Of a stretch of DNA of 64,000 nucleotides, positions 58,523 to 64,000 are shown piece after piece. The notes beneath the pieces are model-generated. The model saw nothing but the letters and a program-made list of their open reading frames with translations. It was not told the origin of the DNA and searched no databases. The position numbers were made by a program, and so were the translations under genes. Source of the stretch: a virus; the IMG/VR virus record IMGVR_UViG_3300002835_006866, positions 31,852 to 95,851 of that record. The stretch is one strand, 5' to 3'. Within the stretch, counting starts at the first letter, position 1. Each line of letters starts with the position of its first letter.

Positions 58523-58942
58523 ATGACATGGTATTATGACGGTGTGCCGTTTGAAGAAAGCGGCACACATTTTGGTTTTGTTTATTTGATAGAAAACCTT
58601 ATCACAGGTAGAAAATATATTGGACGCAAATACTTTAGTAAAGCTGGCACAAAGCAGGTCAACGGCAAGAAAAGAAAAATACGAAAAGTTTCTGACTGGG
58701 AAACCTATTGGGGTTCCAACGAAACACTCAAAAGAGAAGTGGCCGAACTAGGCGAACATAACTTCCGCAGAACAATTCTCCACCTCTGTAAAACCAAATC
58801 TGAATGCTCTTATTTTGAATTAAGAGAACAAATGGACCGAAGGGTTCTAGAATCTGATATGTGGTACAATGATTGGGTCTCGGCGAAGATAAGAAAAGAT
58901 CACCTAAAAACTATTGTGCAAAGCAACAAAACTACTAAATAG
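58523..58942 (+). CDS. GIY-YIG endonuclease (EndoII/DenA-like)
   Basis: GFVYLI...YIGRK, YWGS, WYN. Confidence 0.8.
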   Translation: MTWYYDGVPFEESGTHFGFVYLIENLITGRKYIGRKYFSKAGTKQVNGKKRKIRKVSDWETYWGSNETLKREVAELGEHNFRRTILHLCKTKSECSYFELREQMDRRVLESDMWYNDWVSAKIRKDHLKTIVQSNKTTK

Positions 58943-58986
58943 AAGGACAGTGCCTAATGGGGCTGTCTAACCTACAGGAGAAAATT

Positions 58987-59214
58987 ATGTTTCAAGATAT
59001 GTACAAAAACTACCTTATGACACCAGATGCTTTCATCGATGTCCTACAAAACACGAAGAAAAACATTTCAAATGAAATCTTCACCGATAAAACTCTAAGC
59101 AAAATTGCTTCAGACTTCATCGATGCACAAACCACTTTTGCAAAATCAATGGTTAAAATCAATACTACCTTAGCAAAACATGCTATCGAAAGTGTTTCAC
59201 CAAAATCCAATTAA
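58987..59214 (+). CDS. phasin-like small helical protein
   Basis: FIDVLQNTKK...FIDAQTTFAK; late promoter ACTAAATA at 58934 and AGGAG RBS. Confidence 0.5.
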   Translation: MFQDMYKNYLMTPDAFIDVLQNTKKNISNEIFTDKTLSKIASDFIDAQTTFAKSMVKINTTLAKHAIESVSPKSN

Positions 59215-59246
59215 TCATACATATGCCTTGGAGGGATCTGAGGCAT

Positions 59247-59501
59247 ATGAAAAAACCAATATCAAAAGCCGTGTCTAAAGAATATTTAAATGCGGCATCA
59301 AAAATTCAATCGTGGAATCCAATCGAAAGAAATGGTTGGCTTGTAAAGTTTTCCATATTCAATAACGACCACATTTTAATATTCTTTGTTTCAACCTATA
59401 CTGGGCAAACAATTATACGCCAATTTGAATCTGAAATAGAGGCCATCAATTTCATTAATCATGTTGTAGAATTGAACCCACAATATGCTCAGCACATATA
59501 A
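59247..59501 (+). CDS. hypothetical protein
   Basis: ORF with RBS. Confidence 0.5.
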   Translation: MKKPISKAVSKEYLNAASKIQSWNPIERNGWLVKFSIFNNDHILIFFVSTYTGQTIIRQFESEIEAINFINHVVELNPQYAQHI

Positions 59502-59660
59502 TCCATTTCAGCCAATTATAGATAATTTTAAAAATTATCCCAATAAAGTGGAAAAAGAGTTTCAGCTGAACACCCTGTACTATAAAGAAACAAAAGAGCC
59601 TTTTATCAAAGGCATTTTGGGCCATCAGATATATAAGCCAAACAATTAAAGGAGTTTATT

Positions 59661-60080
59661 ATGCGAGTGGGATTTACTTGTTCATGTTTTGATTTACTTC
59701 ATGCCGGCCATGTTCTAATGCTCAAAGAAGCAAAAGACCAATGTGATTATCTTATTGTGGGATTACAAACCGATCCAACAATAGATAGAACAACCAAAAA
59801 TAAACCAATTCAAAGTGTGACCGAAAGGTTCATTCAATTATCTGCCGTAAAATATGTTGATGAAATTGTGGTTTACGAGTCAGAGGACGATTTACTCCAA
59901 ATACTCAAAGCCTATAATATAGATGTTAGAATTATCGGCGAAGAGTACAAAGATAAGTTTTTCACGGGTAATGATTTGCCAATGGAAATACACTTCAATA
60001 AAAGAACCCACAAGTTTTCATCTACCGAATTGAGAAACAGGATCGTGAGTGCATATGAGACTGAGATTTACAAAAAATGA
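59661..60080 (+). CDS. glycerol-3-phosphate cytidylyltransferase-like (TagD family)
   Basis: FDLLHAGH, YVDEI, RTHKFSSTELR. Confidence 0.88.
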   Translation: MRVGFTCSCFDLLHAGHVLMLKEAKDQCDYLIVGLQTDPTIDRTTKNKPIQSVTERFIQLSAVKYVDEIVVYESEDDLLQILKAYNIDVRIIGEEYKDKFFTGNDLPMEIHFNKRTHKFSSTELRNRIVSAYETEIYKK

Positions 60081-60309
60081 ATTAAAAGATGCTAAACTAC
60101 TAGCGGAAGAACTATCCACTTATGGACACCCTGAACCATTGTGTGAGCGGGCGGCAATATTAATAATGAAAATGGTAGAAGAATTAGAAAAAGAAAATTA
60201 TGAACAAGTTTGATTGGTTTTTATGCGGCTTCATTGCCGCATATTTGATTTTGGCTATAGTAAAATTAAACATTATTGGAAACATTATGCAAATGTTTAA
60301 GGATTGGTG

Positions 60310-60714
60310 ATGAGTGAATTGAAAAGTGTAGATGTTTTGATTGATGATGTAAAGAAAGATTATCCTCCAGTGGTTGACCATGCCTCAGTGATGCGTTGGA
60401 ATTCTGGTGTTGGCAACAGTGTACGTGGTGTCGGCAGTATTAATGGCAATGTGACAAATGCTTCACTTGATTTAATCAAAGGCCAAATGGTCACGGCTCA
60501 AATGTCTATTGATGCCAATGAAGCCATACAAATGGATGACATTGAACTGAAAAATCGATTGATTACAAAATTAGTAAGAGAATTGATGAATGGCCATTAT
60601 ATTGAATTCACCAAACAGCAAGATTACGCTAGTATGGAAACAACCATTCGTGCTAGAATATTTGTAACACCCGATGAGCAAGTGCGGTTGCTTCGAATGA
60701 ATCAAAAGGGCTGA
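60310..60714 (+). CDS. hypothetical protein
   Basis: ORF track. Confidence 0.55.
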   Translation: MSELKSVDVLIDDVKKDYPPVVDHASVMRWNSGVGNSVRGVGSINGNVTNASLDLIKGQMVTAQMSIDANEAIQMDDIELKNRLITKLVRELMNGHYIEFTKQQDYASMETTIRARIFVTPDEQVRLLRMNQKG

Positions 60715-60716
60715 TA

Positions 60717-60932
60717 ATGAGCGATACTGAATTCAAAGATATGGTCTTTGATATTGATGAGGCCTTGGCCACAATTGCAATGAAATATGAAATGCACCCA
60801 TTGACCATGTCAGCCTACGTTTTAGCCCGCCTTGTTGTGGCAAATGAGTTTGTTGGTAGCCAAAAAGAATTTTCATTGGTTCTCGATAAAGCAAAAGATA
60901 CGATACAAAAAAACGCTCAGCCACTACACTAA
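60717..60932 (+). CDS. hypothetical protein
   Basis: ORF track. Confidence 0.55.
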   Translation: MSDTEFKDMVFDIDEALATIAMKYEMHPLTMSAYVLARLVVANEFVGSQKEFSLVLDKAKDTIQKNAQPLH

Positions 60933-60949
60933 AAGGTTAAATAATAGGT

Positions 60950-61213
60950 ATGAATAACCTATTAAAGTTTTTACCCCAGATACTAGAATCATTACCAATG
61001 GTTGCAAAGTATCTGAAATACCTTCCAATCTTAATGGTTCTGGCGGTCATAGGCTATGCTGTATACTATTTCGCCACCTCTTACCGTGATCCATATAAAT
61101 GTGTAGATAATGAGGTTTACCAGCAAATAAGAATTGATTCTGGCGTTTATGTTTTCAAGGGTGGTTATTGTGTCGATGAAAAGATACAGATTGGATCACC
61201 TAAGGAAAAATAA
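60950..61213 (+). CDS. membrane protein
   Basis: One TM segment, two Cys. Confidence 0.55.
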   Translation: MNNLLKFLPQILESLPMVAKYLKYLPILMVLAVIGYAVYYFATSYRDPYKCVDNEVYQQIRIDSGVYVFKGGYCVDEKIQIGSPKEK

Positions 61214-61428
61214 TGTCCGATGATAACGAAGATGTAAAGTCACAGCTAAGTAAATACAAACCTAAGAAAAAAAAGATGGCCGTTCCAAAAGAGTTTTTGG
61301 AGGGTGCCAATAGTTATGATGATAAACTAAACTTGGTCAAGATACTAAGTGAGCGTGAAAAGAATCGAGTGGTGTTAATTGTTCGATCAATGCTCAAAGA
61401 TGCCGTAAAAAAGAAGGATAGAGTATGA
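61213..61428 (+). CDS. hypothetical protein
   Basis: Translationally coupled ORF. Confidence 0.55.
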   Translation: MSDDNEDVKSQLSKYKPKKKKMAVPKEFLEGANSYDDKLNLVKILSEREKNRVVLIVRSMLKDAVKKKDRV

Positions 61429-61655
61429 TGCACATTAATTTTTTGTTCTGGTGGGCAACCATGACCTTTGCCATATCAAGAGGTGATATACTTGGCATTT
61501 GCCTCGCTGGCTTTGGTTTTATGTTTATAATGGTTCTAATTGAGGAATATGAATATGTTCGAGATGAGACTACTAGCAAAATCAGACGGGAAGGCAGTCT
61601 TGCAGTACCGAGTAAAAGAAGATCCAGATCCGGTGAACAACGGCCTCTATTTTAA
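61425..61655 (+). CDS. small membrane protein
   Basis: Two hydrophobic stretches. Confidence 0.4.
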   Translation: MMHINFLFWWATMTFAISRGDILGICLAGFGFMFIMVLIEEYEYVRDETTSKIRREGSLAVPSKRRSRSGEQRPLF

Positions 61656-61709
61656 ACACCTAGTTTGGTCAGAGTGGAAAAATGTACCCGTTTGCCATGA
61701 GGACAAACA

Positions 61710-61871
61710 ATGACCTGGGCTCTAGTTTTTTGGCTCAGTGTGCCAACCAATTTTGTCATACACACCAATTTCTCTACTGAAAAAGAATGTATCGCCGAAC
61801 AGGAGAAATGGACCAAACGATTTAATCATGTGAAATCACAATTAATTGCTGAATGTAGAAAATATGAATGA
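61710..61871 (+). CDS. small secreted two-Cys protein (53 aa)
   Basis: GAGG RBS; MTWALVFWL...FSTEKEC...AECRK. Confidence 0.55.
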   Translation: MTWALVFWLSVPTNFVIHTNFSTEKECIAEQEKWTKRFNHVKSQLIAECRKYE

Positions 61872-62109
61872 ATACAAGTGGGAACGATTTGGCGAAAAAC
61901 ACTATTATCATAATGTAGCCACAGGCAGAATCGTAGGTGCCGTAAGCAAGATAGCACTCCAAGAAGTATGGATATCCCTAGTCTACATTGGCGAATACAG
62001 TTTTACCGTTCAAGATGAAAAACACCTAGGGCAATACATTTCACTTGATTTTGCCAAAGAAGCCACACAAAGATTTTGGGACATTCAGAATAGGACATTG
62101 TTAGAATGA
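61864..62109 (+). CDS. hypothetical protein
   Basis: ORF track. Confidence 0.55.
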   Translation: MNEYKWERFGEKHYYHNVATGRIVGAVSKIALQEVWISLVYIGEYSFTVQDEKHLGQYISLDFAKEATQRFWDIQNRTLLE

Positions 62110-62363
62110 ACGAACAAATTAAAGCTCTGATGATTAAACATGGCCTCCACCAATATATCAGTGAGGATTGCCAACACCGTATGGAAATGCTGGCCGAGTT
62201 ACTCATCCAAGAATGTATAAACTGCTGTGGTGCTCAGGCCGATAAAAAGAATATACGCCAACGATTTGGATTACCTATAGAGAGCAATATAAAGTATCCA
62301 AGTGTAGAACCACAAGGACACCATACACAATATGGCCGAAGGTATGATAAACCTAGTGTGTGA
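62106..62363 (+). CDS. hypothetical protein
   Basis: MNEQIKAL...AELLIQEC, a phage-type motif. Confidence 0.55.
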   Translation: MNEQIKALMIKHGLHQYISEDCQHRMEMLAELLIQECINCCGAQADKKNIRQRFGLPIESNIKYPSVEPQGHHTQYGRRYDKPSV

Positions 62364-62393
62364 AATAGTGGAGAAAAGTGGTAAAAAGTGGTA
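62364..62393 (+). repeat. three direct repeats with 10-bp period (MraZ-box-like)
   Basis: AGTGG at 62367, 62377 and 62387, separated by A-rich spacers. Confidence 0.7.
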
Positions 62394-62415
62394 GTAACCG
62401 AATGGGAGTATAAGA

Positions 62416-62736
62416 TTGCCAGGAGTGTATAGGGAGAAGGATTGTCCGGCCTGCGGTGGAAAACACCGGAAAAAGGGCTTATATTGCTCCCAGGCATGCT
62501 CAAATACCTCCAGGACTTATACCAACGAAACAAAAAACAAAATCTCCAGAGGACTCAGAGAATACTATAAAACACCCGAAGGTATTGCCCTGGCCACTGT
62601 GAATAATCGCCGAGTAAATGCCGATAAGCGAGGCGAAGAGCCACCAGTAACAATAGACCAATTCGCCGTCGATATACCCGAATTACCTCCCGACCTATAC
62701 GATTATACTAATTACGATAAGGCCGAGGACTGGTGA
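62416..62736 (+). CDS. zinc-finger / NUMOD3-like DNA-binding protein
   Basis: CPAC...YCSQAC, ETKNKIS. Confidence 0.55.
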   Translation: MPGVYREKDCPACGGKHRKKGLYCSQACSNTSRTYTNETKNKISRGLREYYKTPEGIALATVNNRRVNADKRGEEPPVTIDQFAVDIPELPPDLYDYTNYDKAEDW

Positions 62737-62787
62737 TCCACCCTCCCTCTTCCGCCCTCCATTCTATACTAAAACCCAAGGCCTGTC

Positions 62788-62840
62788 TGTAGTTTTTATA
62801 CAACAGCGGGCCTTGACTTTTACCGCATTTTCTGTATAAT
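62788..62840 (+). promoter_or_regulatory. early sigma70 promoter with upstream palindrome
   Basis: TGTAG-N8-CAACA; TTGACT-16 nt-TATAAT. Confidence 0.7.
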
Positions 62841-62870
62841 GGAACCATAGAAAATTATCAGGAGGACAAG

Positions 62871-63056
62871 ATGTTTACAAAAGAACAACTAGAGGCGGCT
62901 TACAAAGATTTTAAGAATGTGGCTGTTATCGAACCTGCAAAACCTCGCAAGGGAGAGAAAACTTTCAATCTTGATAAGGCTCTCTATAATCGGCCTGAAC
63001 GGCGTGGTACTGTGCGAGGTCGAGGTTATGTAAGCCCTGGTGAGCGAACCACATAA
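62871..63056 (+). CDS. early hypothetical protein
   Basis: AGGAGG RBS after the promoter. Confidence 0.6.
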   Translation: MFTKEQLEAAYKDFKNVAVIEPAKPRKGEKTFNLDKALYNRPERRGTVRGRGYVSPGERTT

Positions 63057-63059
63057 CGC

Positions 63060-63087
63060 TTGACATTCCTGCCTATTTGTGTATAAT
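63060..63087 (+). promoter_or_regulatory. early sigma70 promoter
   Basis: TTGACA-16 nt-TATAAT. Confidence 0.75.
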
Positions 63088-63121
63088 TGGTTTTGTGATG
63101 AATTGATGAGGAGTTAATAAA

Positions 63122-63427
63122 ATGTTTACTTTTGCTTGTGCTTCTGTTGAGGGTCTGACCCTTGCTCAAAAACGTGAAACTGTCAAGGCTCTCCGTGAGT
63201 CCATTAAGGCTGATATGGCTAATCGAAAATTGTCGAAGGCTCTAACGAAGGAGCTAAAGGCTAAGGCTCGAGTGGAGAAAGCGGCTGCTCGTGAGGTCAA
63301 AAAAGCAGAGCGAATCGCTAAGATGGAAGCGAAACTTGCGGCTCTAAAGGCACCGAAGGTTGGTGCTGCGGCTCGAAAGGCTGCACGTAAGGCAGGTCCT
63401 GTTACTGTGATGGCCCTGGGAGCCTAA
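63122..63427 (+). CDS. Ala/Lys-rich basic early protein (histone H1-like composition)
   Basis: KAAAREVKKAERIAKMEAKLAALKAPK. Confidence 0.65.
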   Translation: MFTFACASVEGLTLAQKRETVKALRESIKADMANRKLSKALTKELKAKARVEKAAAREVKKAERIAKMEAKLAALKAPKVGAAARKAARKAGPVTVMALGA

Positions 63428-63428
63428 T

Positions 63429-63746
63429 ATGAAACTGCTAATCACTACTCAAATTTGGGAGAATTACGCCTGGCGGGAAGATGGCACCATTGGTACTGGA
63501 GCTGATGCGTACTGGAAACCAAAGGGCGGTGGTGATTATGTGGTAAAGAATTTTAAGGACTTCGATAAGACCACAGGGGTTGTCGTGGCGCTCCGTAGTC
63601 AGATTGAAATTGATAACGATTACTTCCGTGAGCATATCCTTGACTGGGAGGTGGTGCCTGATGATTACTTGACCGAGTTTGAGCGATCCCAGCTAGAATT
63701 CGATGGCCAGATCCTGTACCCTGCTCGGGAGTTATCACTTTCATAA
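63429..63746 (+). CDS. conserved phage hypothetical protein
   Basis: TQIWENY, YWKPKGG, LTEFERSQLEFDG. Confidence 0.7.
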   Translation: MKLLITTQIWENYAWREDGTIGTGADAYWKPKGGGDYVVKNFKDFDKTTGVVVALRSQIEIDNDYFREHILDWEVVPDDYLTEFERSQLEFDGQILYPARELSLS

Positions 63747-63759
63747 CAAAAAATATCGC

Positions 63760-63788
63760 TTGACAAAACCCTCCCTTTCTGCCATAAT
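63760..63788 (+). promoter_or_regulatory. early sigma70 promoter
   Basis: TTGACA-17 nt-CATAAT. Confidence 0.7.
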
Positions 63789-64000
63789 GGCACCGTGATG
63801 AGATGATTTGGAGATTGAGATGATTGCGATTTTGATACTATTTGCGGGTTTGATAATCTGGGGCTACCTGGCTCACGGTTCTGTTACTACTTTGGGGTGA
63901 TATGATGGAAACAATTGATATTATTTTCAGTGCCCTGGCCATTCTAAGTGGCCTTTACATTGTGTATGATGCTTATCTGGATAGGAGTGTATAATGTACG

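Noticed and set aside
658-63744. Minus-strand and nested alternative-frame ORFs in the track (e.g. 53412-54107, 37800-38348, 13974-14456)
   Set aside because: They lie opposite or inside well-supported genes and show no recognisable motifs; they are shadows of the codon bias.
1-64000. CRISPR array, integrase or transposase
   Set aside because: No regularly spaced repeat-spacer structure and no recombinase or transposase motifs were seen.

Overview
This window is part of a large T4-like (Tevenvirinae/Kyanoviridae-type) myovirus genome. It is AT-rich and densely coding, and every credible gene is on the + strand. The host is Gram-negative, probably a freshwater betaproteobacterium; this is inferred from the spanins and the PstS, OprO/P porin, ErpA and rubrerythrin types. 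The order of modules is: (i) T4 core replication, recombination and late-transcription genes (g55, g47, g46, g45, g44, g62, regA, g43, uvsX, g41, g61), interspersed with auxiliary genes (three 2OG-Fe(II) oxygenases, peptide deformylase, a CobT/CobS-like vWA-MoxR pair, Hsp20, dCMP deaminase, rubrerythrin, ErpA, two DUF4338/DruA-like paralogues); (ii) a late glycan-modification locus; (iii) acidic head-internal proteins with T4-like capsid-targeting N-termini; (iv) an expanded lysis cassette; (v) thyX-nrdA-trx-nrdB; (vi) a phosphate-stress module (pstS, phosphate porin, PlcP-like phospholipase, glycosyltransferase, secreted nuclease); and (vii) small early genes behind sigma70-type promoters. 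The most notable observations are: the phosphate-scavenging and lipid-remodelling cassette; a membrane protein directly behind DNA polymerase that carries the same clamp-binding peptide (NSLDSFF); a candidate virion-packaged ligase plus kinase/nucleotidyltransferase set; a minimised tRNA-Gly-like RNA; a palindrome recurring at early promoters; and an MraZ-box-like repeat. All functional calls come from motif recognition and gene context, because no database searches could be run.
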